Assembly (NCBI GenBank): GCA_944336125.1
Contig: CALVLA010000002.1
Span: forward strand, 87,301-151,300
Length of the DNA stretch: 64,000 nt
Direction: 5' to 3'
From: an uncultured Clostridia bacterium
Lineage (GTDB): Bacteria > Bacillota > Clostridia > Christensenellales > CAG-314
In this document: piece by piece, positions 52,782 to 61,581 of the stretch
Numbering within the stretch: the first letter of the stretch is position 1
Layout: every line of letters starts with the position of its first letter
Made by a program: the position numbers and the translations under genes
Notes under the pieces: generated by a model
Seen by the model: only the letters and a program-made list of their open reading frames with translations
What the model was told of the DNA's origin: nothing
The model's database searches: none

Positions 52782-53999
52782 TTATTTACGCAATATGTCG
52801 AATTTGTTAAGTTTCAAAGGACAACGGATTTTCAAAACCTGCTGAACGATTTTTGCGTCGTCTACTTTGTTCATCTGCTCGTCAAACATTTCCTCAACGA
52901 CAACCGTTTTCAAAAAGTTACCGTCAGGGGAAAGCACTTGTAATACATCGCCTGTTTTAAACCTGTTGCGCTGTTCGACGGTAACAAACTCGCCGTCGCT
53001 TTCAAGTACGGTAGCAATGAAAGTTCCGATTTGCTTTGGTTTTGAAGTTTCGTAGCACTGTCTGTTTTGATCGTCAAAGTAAAAACCCGTTGTATACTGT
53101 CTGTGACTTGTCAGTTCAAGCTCCTTCAAAAGTGTTTCGTCCGCAGTATAATTGTTTTTGTCGGCATAGTAAAAATCTATCGCCCTTCTGTAAGCATTGA
53201 CAACGCTGGCAACGTAAAAAGGTGATTTCATCCTACCCTCTATTTTAAGGCTGTCGACGCCGGCGTTAATAATTTTGTCAATGTGCGGAAGCAAGTTCAT
53301 ATCTTTTGAGTTCAAAAAATACGTCGTTCCCTGTTCGTCCTGCTGAACGGTCAGCTTGTCGTCAGGACGGTTGACTTCGTTGATTTGATACTCCCACCTG
53401 CAAGCCTGAACACACTCGCCCCTGTTTCCGTCACGTGAAGTCATGTAATTTGAAAGCAGACATCTGCCGCTCATCGAAATGCACATCGCACCGTGAACAA
53501 AAACCTCAATTTCGGTTTTGCCTTTGACGGCGGAGCAAATTTCCTCAATTTCACCGAGAGAAAGCTCGCGGGCAAGCACAACCCTCGACGCGCCCTGTTT
53601 TGCCCAAAACAAAGCCGCATTAAAATTCGTGGTGTTTGCCTGAGTGGAAATGTGAACGGGAAGCTCAGGTTCGGTTTCGCGAACCACGTCGAATATACCC
53701 AGGTCACTGACAAGCACCGCGTCAACGTTTGCTTTTTTCAAAAAACGTATGTAGTCGGGAAGCTGTTTCAGGTCGTCGTTTCTGCCGTAAATGTTGACGG
53801 TGATATAAACTTTCTTTCCGAGTTTGTGCGCATAATCGGCGCAAAACAAAATTTCGTCCAACGTAAAATTGTCCGAAAATGCCCTGAGCCCGAAAGACTT
53901 GCCTGCCATATAAACGGCGTCGGCGCCGAAGTGCAGCGCAGTATAAAATTTTTCCATATTGCCTGCGGGAGCAAGCAATTCAACTTTTTTGTAAATCAT
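52782..53999 (-). CDS. Peptidase U32 family protein (TrhP-like tRNA hydroxylation factor)
   Basis: 405 aa. ELLAPAG start and GADAVY. Paired with trmR as B. subtilis yrrM-yrrN/O are. Confidence 0.8.
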   Translation of the reverse strand: MIYKKVELLAPAGNMEKFYTALHFGADAVYMAGKSFGLRAFSDNFTLDEILFCADYAHKLGKKVYITVNIYGRNDDLKQLPDYIRFLKKANVDAVLVSDLGIFDVVRETEPELPVHISTQANTTNFNAALFWAKQGASRVVLARELSLGEIEEICSAVKGKTEIEVFVHGAMCISMSGRCLLSNYMTSRDGNRGECVQACRWEYQINEVNRPDDKLTVQQDEQGTTYFLNSKDMNLLPHIDKIINAGVDSLKIEGRMKSPFYVASVVNAYRRAIDFYYADKNNYTADETLLKELELTSHRQYTTGFYFDDQNRQCYETSKPKQIGTFIATVLESDGEFVTVEQRNRFKTGDVLQVLSPDGNFLKTVVVEEMFDEQMNKVDDAKIVQQVLKIRCPLKLNKFDILRK

Positions 54000-54619
54000 T
54001 TTTTTACCGACAGGCTGACGCCGTCTCCTATTTCAAGAACAACCGACTCAAACGCTTCGTCCGAAAAAAGGCTGTCCAAAAATTTGTTCATGTTATAGGC
54101 CATACCGAAAGCCCTGTCCTTTTTTGAAGGAAGGTTTTCGACATAACCGTGAAAAAGCACGTTGTCGCTCATCAAAACTCCGCCTTTGACAAGCATGTTT
54201 TTGATGTAGTGCAAAAAATCAAAATACTGTCCTTTAGGTCCGTCAAGAAAAACAAAGTCAAATTCTCCCGTCATTTTGTGAACAATTTCCCTTGCGTCCC
54301 CCTTAAAAAAAGTCACTCTGTCAAAAACGCCGTTGTTCAAAAAATTTTCGGTCGCAAGGTCAATCATCCTTTCGTCCATTTCGACAGTAAAAAGCTTTGC
54401 CTCAGGGCACGTTTGCAGCATTACGCTTCCCGAGTACCCTATTGCCGTACCTATTTCCAAAATGCGTTTGGGTTTTTTTATACCCACTATGGTACGCAAA
54501 AGGTTTTCGGTGTCGGCTAGCATAATGGGCACGCCGTTTTCACAAGCAAACTCACGCATTGCGACGAGTTTTGGGTCAGGCTGCTTCAAGCCGTAAAGTC
54601 TTTCAAAAAATTCTTTCAT
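53996..54619 (-). CDS. trmR: SAM-dependent O-methyltransferase, tRNA 5-hydroxyuridine methyltransferase-like
   Basis: 207 aa. ILEIGTAIGYS, GQY, DNVLF.G and GDG...S.KK align with B. subtilis YrrM/TrmR as I remember it. Confidence 0.75.
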   Translation of the reverse strand: MKEFFERLYGLKQPDPKLVAMREFACENGVPIMLADTENLLRTIVGIKKPKRILEIGTAIGYSGSVMLQTCPEAKLFTVEMDERMIDLATENFLNNGVFDRVTFFKGDAREIVHKMTGEFDFVFLDGPKGQYFDFLHYIKNMLVKGGVLMSDNVLFHGYVENLPSKKDRAFGMAYNMNKFLDSLFSDEAFESVVLEIGDGVSLSVKK

Positions 54620-56286
54620 CAGTCTTCGTAAATTATAGGCAAAATCATAGGTCTGCGCTTGATTTTTCTGCCGAGGTAGCCTCTTACGGCTTTTACTATC
54701 GAAACTTTGACCTGATTGAGCGAATAATCCTTAAGTTCAACCTTTTTGAGGGAGCTGCGAACTACCGAGCGCAGTTCTTCCATCAATTCGTAGCTGTTTT
54801 CGTTTCCTGTGTAAATGAAGCCTCTGCTGATAATTTCAGGACCGCTGCTGATAACGCCTGTTGTTCTGTCAAGTCCCAAAACGATAAGCAAAATACCTTC
54901 TTCCGAAAGTTCAAGTCTGTCTTTCAAAACGACGTTTCCGACGTCACCTACGCCAAGTCCGTCGACAAGTATTCCTCCGCCCTTTACTTCCGCGGCTTTC
55001 GCTATCTTTTTGTTGGTTACCGCGATGACGTTTCCGATGTCAGGAATAACTATGTTTTCATAGCTCATGCCAAGCATATGAGCAAGGTCGGCGTGCTGTT
55101 TCAGGTGACGATATTCGCCGTGAACGGGAATGAAAAATTTTGGTTTAAGCAAAGTGTGAATAAGTTTAAGTTCTTCCCTGCATGCGTGACCCGAAACGTG
55201 AATTGCCGCGATTTTATCGTATATGACCTGCGCGCCCAAACGGTAAAGGTTGTTGATTACCGAGTAGACGTCTTTTTCGTTTCCCGGGATTGGCGAGCCC
55301 GAAATGATGATAGTGTCGTTTTCGCCGATTTTTACCTTATTGAAACCGCCTGTGGACATTCTGGTAAGAGCGCTCATAGGCTCACCCTGCGTTCCCGTTG
55401 AAAGGATAAGCAGGTTTTTGTCAGGGATAGAACCTATTTTGTCAATATCCACCATTATTTTTTCGTTGTAATTAATTGCGCCCACTTTTTTCGCGATTTC
55501 GATGTTGTTGAGCATGCTTCTGCCGCTGATTGCGACTTTGCGTTTGTATCTTACCGCGATATCGATAATCTGCTGCAATCTGTCAATATTTGAAGCGAAA
55601 GTGGCAAGAATAATACGTCGGTCTTTTGCTTCAAGGAAAATCCTGTCAAGCGAAGCTGCGACTACCGATTCGCTCATCGTGTAGCCCTCTCTCTCAACGT
55701 TTGTGGATTCGCTCAAAAGAAGCAGTACCCCGCGTTTGCCTATTTCGGCGATACGCGTCAAATCCATAATTTCTCCGCCAAGCGGGGTGTAATCCACCTT
55801 GAAGTCGCCGGTAACAAACACGACGCCGATAGGCGTGGTAATGCTTACCGCAACGCTGCCCGCTACGGAATGGCTGACGTGAATAAACTCAACGGTAAAC
55901 TTTCCGAGTTTTACGACGGTTCTGTTTGAAACGGTAATCAGTTCGTAATCGGTAACGTGTCTTTCGATAAGCTTGTGCTCCACCATGCCGAGGGTGAGTT
56001 TGGTTCCGTAAACGGGAATTTTAAATTCCTCCAGAAGATACGGTACTGCACCGATATGATCCTCGTGACCGTGCGTAAGGATGAGAGCTTTTACCTTGTC
56101 CTTATTCTGGCGCAAGTACGTCATATCGGGAATAACCAAATCGACCCCGGGCATATCGGCAGTAGGAAACGCCAGCCCAGCGTCAACGATGACGATTTCG
56201 TCGCCGTATTCGAACGCCGTCATATTTTTTCCGATTTCACCGACGCCGCCCAAAAAGACAACTTTTAAGTTTTTGGTCTTTTTCAT
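54619..56286 (-). CDS. rnj: Ribonuclease J
   Basis: 555 aa. Metallo-beta-lactamase motif THGHEDHIG, a beta-CASP domain and a C-terminal domain. Confidence 0.93.
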   Translation of the reverse strand: MKKTKNLKVVFLGGVGEIGKNMTAFEYGDEIVIVDAGLAFPTADMPGVDLVIPDMTYLRQNKDKVKALILTHGHEDHIGAVPYLLEEFKIPVYGTKLTLGMVEHKLIERHVTDYELITVSNRTVVKLGKFTVEFIHVSHSVAGSVAVSITTPIGVVFVTGDFKVDYTPLGGEIMDLTRIAEIGKRGVLLLLSESTNVEREGYTMSESVVAASLDRIFLEAKDRRIILATFASNIDRLQQIIDIAVRYKRKVAISGRSMLNNIEIAKKVGAINYNEKIMVDIDKIGSIPDKNLLILSTGTQGEPMSALTRMSTGGFNKVKIGENDTIIISGSPIPGNEKDVYSVINNLYRLGAQVIYDKIAAIHVSGHACREELKLIHTLLKPKFFIPVHGEYRHLKQHADLAHMLGMSYENIVIPDIGNVIAVTNKKIAKAAEVKGGGILVDGLGVGDVGNVVLKDRLELSEEGILLIVLGLDRTTGVISSGPEIISRGFIYTGNENSYELMEELRSVVRSSLKKVELKDYSLNQVKVSIVKAVRGYLGRKIKRRPMILPIIYED

Positions 56287-56382
56287 TTTACTCCTTAAAA
56301 ATTTTTTTATAAAACCGACCGAACAATCCTCGGCCGAAAAGTGACAAAAAAGTCTAAAAACTACTCCATTTTAGTTTTTTTA

Positions 56383-56412
56383 ATTATAACCTAAAACTCC
56401 GAAAAAAATCAA
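56383..56412 (-). promoter_or_regulatory. Candidate rnj promoter
   Basis: On the minus strand: TTGATT, 18 nt spacer, TATAAT, about 95 nt upstream of the rnj ATG. Confidence 0.45.
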
Positions 56413-56506
56413 CTCAATATGGGCAACACCGCATGTTAAAGAGGCTATTTTTTCGACAAAAAGCTCAAAAAATCAGCAGGTGGCGCAACTTTTTTTCGGC
56501 TGTCTA

Positions 56507-56535
56507 TTGCAATTTGAAAATAAAACAATTATAAT
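56507..56535 (+). promoter_or_regulatory. Candidate serC-serA promoter
   Basis: TTGCAA, 17 nt spacer, TATAAT, about 45 nt upstream of the serC ATG. Confidence 0.55.
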
Positions 56536-56579
56536 AAAAAAAAGTCCGAATGGGACTTAAAATGAAAGAGGTGATTATT

Positions 56580-57662
56580 ATGAGTAGAGTTTACAATTTC
56601 TCTGCCGGTCCTTCTATGTTGCCGGAAGACGTATTGAAACAAGCACAAGCAGAATTCCTTGACTACAACGGTTCGGGCATGAGCGTATGCGAAATGAGCC
56701 ACCGTTCAAAATGGTACACCGACATCAACGACGAAGCAGAAGCACTTTTGCGTGAATTGATGGGTATACCTGACGACTACTATGTAATGTTTGTACAAGG
56801 CGGCGCTTCTACGCAATTCGAGGCAGTTCCACTCAACCTTTTGGGCAAAAACAACAAAGCCGACTACTGCGTAACAGGCAACTTTGCTAGCAAAGCTTGC
56901 AAAGAAGCTAAAAAATACGGTGATATCCACGAAGCAAGCTCCAGCAAAGCGGACAACTACATCTACATACCTAAACAACTCGACGTAAGACCTGACGCTG
57001 CGTATGTACACATCACCAACAACAACACAATTTTCGGTACCGAATACAAATCGGCTCCTGACACTAAAGGCGTACCTCTCGTAAGCGATATGTCCAGCGA
57101 CATTTTGTCGAGAGTAGTCAACGTAAACGACTACGCAGTCATTTACGCAGGCGCACAGAAAAACATCGCTCCTGCAGGCGTAACAATCGTTATCGCTAAA
57201 AAATCGTTGGTTGACGAAGACTACACTTTGCCTTACTGCCCTACTATGCTTAAATGGAGCACTCAGGCAAAAGAACACAGCCTTTACAACACTCCTCCAT
57301 GCTTCCCTACATACATGGCAATGTTGGTGTTCAGACATCTTAAAAAACTCGGCGGCGTAGCTGCAATGCAGAAATACAACGAAGAAAAAGCAGCAATTTT
57401 GTATGATTATCTTGACAGCCAGGATTTCTACAAAGCACCTGTCGTAAAAGAAGACCGTTCTATGATGAACGTTCCGTTCGTTTCTCCTAGCGAAGAACTC
57501 AACGCGAAATTCGTAAAAGAAGCAGCAGCCGAAGGACTTGTTACACTTAAAGGTCACAGACTCGTAGGCGGTATGCGCGCAAGCATTTACAACGCAATGC
57601 CAATCGAAGGCGTTAAAAAGCTTGTTGAATTCATGAAGAAATTCGCAGCTGAAAACAAATAA
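56580..57662 (+). CDS. serC: 3-phosphoserine / phosphohydroxythreonine aminotransferase
   Basis: Start at MSRVYNFSAGPSMLP after AGAGGTG. Typical SerC N-terminus. 360 aa. Confidence 0.93.
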   Translation: MSRVYNFSAGPSMLPEDVLKQAQAEFLDYNGSGMSVCEMSHRSKWYTDINDEAEALLRELMGIPDDYYVMFVQGGASTQFEAVPLNLLGKNNKADYCVTGNFASKACKEAKKYGDIHEASSSKADNYIYIPKQLDVRPDAAYVHITNNNTIFGTEYKSAPDTKGVPLVSDMSSDILSRVVNVNDYAVIYAGAQKNIAPAGVTIVIAKKSLVDEDYTLPYCPTMLKWSTQAKEHSLYNTPPCFPTYMAMLVFRHLKKLGGVAAMQKYNEEKAAILYDYLDSQDFYKAPVVKEDRSMMNVPFVSPSEELNAKFVKEAAAEGLVTLKGHRLVGGMRASIYNAMPIEGVKKLVEFMKKFAAENK

Positions 57663-57680
57663 TCTGAACGGGTGAAAAAA

Positions 57681-58841
57681 ATGAAAGAAGTATTGAGATT
57701 AAACCCTATCAGTCCGTTGGTTGATTCGGTATTCGGCGACAAATTCAAACTGGTTGCTGAGTCTGATGCTCCTGTAGGCATCATGGTTCGCAGCTTCAAA
57801 ATGCATGATTATGAACCGGCTAAATCAGTGCTTTGCGTAGGCAGAGCGGGAGCCGGCGTAAACAACATCCCATGCGACAAATACGGCGAACAAGGTATCG
57901 TAGTATTCAACGCACCGGGCGCAAACGCAAATGCGGTTAAAGAACTTGTTTTGTTAAGCTTGTTGCTTTCAGGCAGAAAAATCATCGAAGGCGTACAATG
58001 GACTCAATCGCTTAAAGGAAAAGGCGACGAAGTCGGACCGGCAGTAGAAAAAGGCAAGAAAGATTTTGTAGGCGGCGAAATTTTCGGTAAGAAAATCGGT
58101 ATTTACGGATTGGGCGCAATTGGTCGTCTGGTAGCAAACGCATGTGCTGCTCTCGGAATGAACGTAGTAGCTTACAACCGTACCGTTCGCGAAGAAATCG
58201 CCAAAGAACTCGACCCACGCGTAAAAATCGTAAATTCATTTGAAGAAATGATTGAAGGATGCGATTTTGTTTCGTTGCACGTAGCCCTCAAAGACAACAC
58301 CAGAGGTTGCATCAATGCTGAAACAATCGCAAAACTCAACGACGGCGCAAGCATCATCAACGCTGCTCGCGGCGAACTCGTAAACGTTGAAGACGTGAAA
58401 GCGGCTCTCGCAAGCGGAAAGCTCAACAGATACGTAGTTGACTTCCCTTCCGACGACGTACTCGGCGTGGACGGAATCATTCCTATCCCTCACCTCGGCG
58501 CTTCCACTCCTGAAGCGGAAGACAACTGCGCCGTAATGGCAGGAAAAGAGCTTGTCGATTTCGTAGAAAACGGCAACATCGTCAACAGCGTAAACTACCC
58601 TTCTGTTTCTCTCGAAAGAAGCGGAGCTCAAAGAGTAGTAGTACTCTTCAACAAAGTTGACTGCGCATGCGACGCAATCAAAGCAGCAATCGAAAATGCA
58701 GGCGTAAAAGTCGTTAATTCGGTTTGTGCAAAAGGCAAAGCTACCGCAGCGGCACTTTTGGATATTGACAAAGCAGCTGACGAAAGCCTTGTAGCAGCTC
58801 TCGAAGCAATCGACGGCGTAGCAAAAGCAAGACTTTGCTAA
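57681..58841 (+). CDS. serA: D-3-phosphoglycerate dehydrogenase-type 2-hydroxyacid dehydrogenase with a C-terminal ACT-like domain
   Basis: NAD motif GIYGLGAIGRLVA, catalytic-region ARG and HLGAST motifs. Adjacent to serC. The start could instead be the GTG at 57672. Confidence 0.82.
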   Translation: MKEVLRLNPISPLVDSVFGDKFKLVAESDAPVGIMVRSFKMHDYEPAKSVLCVGRAGAGVNNIPCDKYGEQGIVVFNAPGANANAVKELVLLSLLLSGRKIIEGVQWTQSLKGKGDEVGPAVEKGKKDFVGGEIFGKKIGIYGLGAIGRLVANACAALGMNVVAYNRTVREEIAKELDPRVKIVNSFEEMIEGCDFVSLHVALKDNTRGCINAETIAKLNDGASIINAARGELVNVEDVKAALASGKLNRYVVDFPSDDVLGVDGIIPIPHLGASTPEAEDNCAVMAGKELVDFVENGNIVNSVNYPSVSLERSGAQRVVVLFNKVDCACDAIKAAIENAGVKVVNSVCAKGKATAAALLDIDKAADESLVAALEAIDGVAKARLC

Positions 58842-58854
58842 AAAACAACAAACT

Positions 58855-58885
58855 AAAAGCCTTCCTCATGGAAGGCTTTTTTATT
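58855..58885. terminator. Bidirectional terminator (serA / DUF2156-like gene)
   Basis: GCCTTCC-TCAT-GGAAGGC flanked by AAAA and TTTTTT. Confidence 0.75.
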
Positions 58886-58889
58886 TTTA

Positions 58890-59852
58890 TTAAATTTGAA
58901 CTGCCGGCAAGGAATTTATCATTTCAGGTTTGTCGGTATAAATATACTTTTCGGAAAATGCCGCAGGATGATACGACATTTTTGCCTCGCGAAGCCCCTC
59001 TATTCCCAGGTCCTCCTGCCTATTGACAAATTTGCAGTTTTCGAAATGTTTTTTGGCAAAAAAATTGTTTACTGCCTGAAAACTTCCTCTGTAATTCGTG
59101 TTTGCTTTTTCAAACATAACTACGCCAACATTTGCCTGATTGACGAAACCTATTTCAAAGGCAATAATTTCACCGTCAACTTTCAAAACATCGCAAAACA
59201 TATTAAGTGCTTCAAGGTTGTCCAATGACCGCTCTATCGCCAAATATTCCCCTGCAGCGTCCAATTCGTCATGAGTATTGCCCCACTTTGAAACAAGACT
59301 CATAACCTCTTCCTTCATTGAAGGTTCGTATGAAACAAATTCGTAATTGTATCTTTCGATAAAACCGTTAACAAAATTACGTTTAGCTTTAAATTTTTTG
59401 CCTTTAAGCGTAATAAGGTCTTCCGGATTGTAAAGATATTCAAAATCGCCGCGTCGTTCCAAAACCCTGCATTGTTTGCACTCGATATGCTTAACGGCAA
59501 GTTCCGCCATATTAGTGGTCATTCGTTCCAAATGAACTTTCATGTTGTTTTTTCTGCAATACGTTACGATTTTCATCATGACGGGAACAAGATATTCCGG
59601 TTTTTTTACGATAGGAGGATAAAATACATTGTCGTTTCCGAATTCATGTTTATAATAAATAACTATCCCCTCATCCAACACACATTTTAACGGTTTGTCA
59701 AAAGCTCCCCAGCAAAATAAAGATTCAAAAGATATTTCACTTGCTGCCAAATTCTCGTACAAAGAGCAGGAAGTTAAAATACTTTGAAATAATTCCTTGT
59801 CTTCTAGCGTAATTGGCGAAAACAATTCCGATGATATGGAATCAGCTGCCAT
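58890..59852 (-). CDS. DUF2156-like protein (stand-alone homologue of the aminoacyl-phosphatidylglycerol synthase C-terminal domain)
   Basis: 320 aa. The SEISFESLFCWG motif and tandem GNAT-like architecture recall DUF2156. Assigned from memory only. Confidence 0.5.
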   Translation of the reverse strand: MAADSISSELFSPITLEDKELFQSILTSCSLYENLAASEISFESLFCWGAFDKPLKCVLDEGIVIYYKHEFGNDNVFYPPIVKKPEYLVPVMMKIVTYCRKNNMKVHLERMTTNMAELAVKHIECKQCRVLERRGDFEYLYNPEDLITLKGKKFKAKRNFVNGFIERYNYEFVSYEPSMKEEVMSLVSKWGNTHDELDAAGEYLAIERSLDNLEALNMFCDVLKVDGEIIAFEIGFVNQANVGVVMFEKANTNYRGSFQAVNNFFAKKHFENCKFVNRQEDLGIEGLREAKMSYHPAAFSEKYIYTDKPEMINSLPAVQI

Positions 59853-59879
59853 AAATACTCCTTTTGTGTAAATAAACTA

Positions 59880-59916
59880 CAAAGTAAAGCAGGACTTGCA
59901 GAAGCAAGCCCTGCTT
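59880..59916 (-). terminator. Terminator after DsbA-like paralogue 1
   Basis: AAGCAGGACTTGC-AGAA-GCAAGCCCTGCTT stem with one mismatch, followed by a T-rich tract on the minus strand. Confidence 0.6.
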
Positions 59917-59925
59917 CAATATTAA

Positions 59926-60588
59926 TTAAAGATTTGGTTCGAGTTTACCGAGAAGAGCTTCCTCAAATTTGCTTTCAAGAATAGCGCCTTCGAGTTTTAC
60001 TTTTTCGTCGAACACGAACATCGGGCAAAGGTCGATGTTGTATTTGTTTTCAGCGATTTCGAAAGTATCGCGTTTAACTTCGTCAAGTTTTTCGCCTGCC
60101 AAAACTTTTTCTCTCAAAGGATAAATGTCGTTGACATATTTTTTAGCCAAAGCGCAAAGAACGTCAAGGTCGCTGATATTCAAACCGTCTTCAAACCAAG
60201 CCTGCTGAATATCGTTCAAAAGCGGCTCAAAAGCTTCAGGTTTAATATCCCTTACAAGATACAACAACTGATGTGATTTAAAGGTGTTAGGTTTAACAGT
60301 AATTCTGTCAAAGTTAAAATTCAAACCTGCTCTTTTTGCCCAACGGTGAATAGGAGTGTTTTTAGCAGGATCCCAGTCTGCAGTGTCATCATTAGCAATT
60401 TGAATTGCTTTGTAATCTCCGCCTTCAACAGGAAGATCAGGATAAATTACATAACCGCGGAAAACCAATTCGATGTCTTCGTGCTTAATTTTGCCTTCTT
60501 TTTCCAACTTGTCAATTGCCTTATGCAAATTAACCTTGCCTACACGGCACCAGCTGCACAGTGTGTCATAAAAAACTTCAACTTTCAT
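59926..60588 (-). CDS. Cytoplasmic DsbA/FrnE-like thiol-disulfide oxidoreductase, paralogue 1
   Basis: Start at MKVEVFYDTLCSWCRV after AAGGAGAA. CSWC (CxxC) active site at residues 11-14. No signal peptide. 220 aa. Confidence 0.75.
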   Translation of the reverse strand: MKVEVFYDTLCSWCRVGKVNLHKAIDKLEKEGKIKHEDIELVFRGYVIYPDLPVEGGDYKAIQIANDDTADWDPAKNTPIHRWAKRAGLNFNFDRITVKPNTFKSHQLLYLVRDIKPEAFEPLLNDIQQAWFEDGLNISDLDVLCALAKKYVNDIYPLREKVLAGEKLDEVKRDTFEIAENKYNIDLCPMFVFDEKVKLEGAILESKFEEALLGKLEPNL

Positions 60589-60614
60589 AAAAACTTCTCC
60601 TTTTATAAAATTGA

Positions 60615-60642
60615 ATGGCATTTGCCGTAAAACAAATGCCAT
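60615..60642 (-). promoter_or_regulatory. Leader hairpin upstream of paralogue 1
   Basis: 10-bp perfect stem ATGGCATTTG / CAAATGCCAT with an 8-nt loop. It is followed on the minus strand by TCAATTTTAT and then the RBS. Confidence 0.5.
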
Positions 60643-60772
60643 CTTGAACTTTTTTTATCACATAAATAAAATTAAATAGTTAACAGGCAATAAGCCCAAG
60701 ATAGCCATAAAATTTTGTAAATGTCAACAATAAAATTATATCAAAAGAATAAAAAAAAGCAATAATTTATTT

Positions 60773-60806
60773 ACAAAAAAAAGAGCCTCGAAAGGCTCTT
60801 TTTTTG
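60773..60806 (-). terminator. Terminator after DsbA-like paralogue 2
   Basis: On the minus strand: AGAGCCT-TTCG-AGGCTCT followed by TTTTTTTT. Confidence 0.75.
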
Positions 60807-60812
60807 CAATTT

Positions 60813-61475
60813 TTAGATGTTTGGTTCGAGTTTGCCGAGGATAGCTTCTTCGAATTTGCTTTGAAGAATAGCGCCTTCGAGTTTTGCTTTTCCGTCGAAT
60901 ACCCACATTGGGCAAAGCTGCAAATCGTATTTGTTGTCACCGATTTCTTCGGTATCGCGTTTAACTTCGTCGAGTTTTTCGCCTGCCAAAACTTTTTCTC
61001 TCAAAGGATAAATGTCGTTTACGTATTTTTTAGCCAAAGCGCAAAGAACGTCAAGATTGTTTACGTCAAGACCGTCTTCAAACCAAGCTTGCTGCATGTC
61101 ACCGAGAAGCGGTTCAAACGCTTCAGGTTTAATGTCTCTTACAAGGTAAAGGAGCTGATGAGCTTTCCAAGTGTTTGGAGTAACGGTGATACGATCAAAG
61201 TTAAAGTTCATACCAACCCTTTTTGCCCAACGGTGAATAGGAGTATTTTTTGCAGGATCCCAATCTGCAGTATCGTCGTCTGCGATTTTAGCAGCTTTGT
61301 AATCCCCGCCCTCTTCAGGAACTTCAGGGTGAAGAACGTATGCTCTGAAAACGAGTTCAACGTCTTCTTCCTTAACTTTTCCTTCTTTTACAAGCTTTTC
61401 CAAAGCTTTGTGGAAGTTTGCTTTTGCTACGCGGCACCAGCTGCAGCTGATGTCATAAAAGGCTTCAACTTTCAT
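60813..61475 (-). CDS. Cytoplasmic DsbA/FrnE-like thiol-disulfide oxidoreductase, paralogue 2
   Basis: Start at MKVEAFYDISCSWCRV after AAGGAGAA. 220 aa. Aligns to paralogue 1 without gaps, with about 43 differences by my hand count. Confidence 0.75.
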   Translation of the reverse strand: MKVEAFYDISCSWCRVAKANFHKALEKLVKEGKVKEEDVELVFRAYVLHPEVPEEGGDYKAAKIADDDTADWDPAKNTPIHRWAKRVGMNFNFDRITVTPNTWKAHQLLYLVRDIKPEAFEPLLGDMQQAWFEDGLDVNNLDVLCALAKKYVNDIYPLREKVLAGEKLDEVKRDTEEIGDNKYDLQLCPMWVFDGKAKLEGAILQSKFEEAILGKLEPNI

Positions 61476-61506
61476 ATTAGTTTTCTCCTTGTTTTTTAAA
61501 AATATA

Positions 61507-61537
61507 ATGGCGTCCCAACACACCGTCGAAACGCCAT
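61507..61537 (-). promoter_or_regulatory. Leader hairpin upstream of paralogue 2, possibly also a tcyP terminator or attenuator
   Basis: 7-bp stem ATGGCGT / ACGCCAT with a 17-nt loop. It is followed on the minus strand by TATATTTTT and then the RBS. Confidence 0.45.
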
Positions 61538-61581
61538 CATAAAATCAGTTAATAACAGTTATCCTCAAAATTCAAAGTGAA

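Noticed and set aside
56413-56579. Possible T-box or other riboswitch in the 293-nt gap upstream of serC
   Set aside because: No T-box core (AGGGTGGNACCGCG-like) or specifier architecture is present. A plain TTGCAA-17-TATAAT promoter lies about 45 nt from the start codon, with only a small 6-bp hairpin in the short leader.
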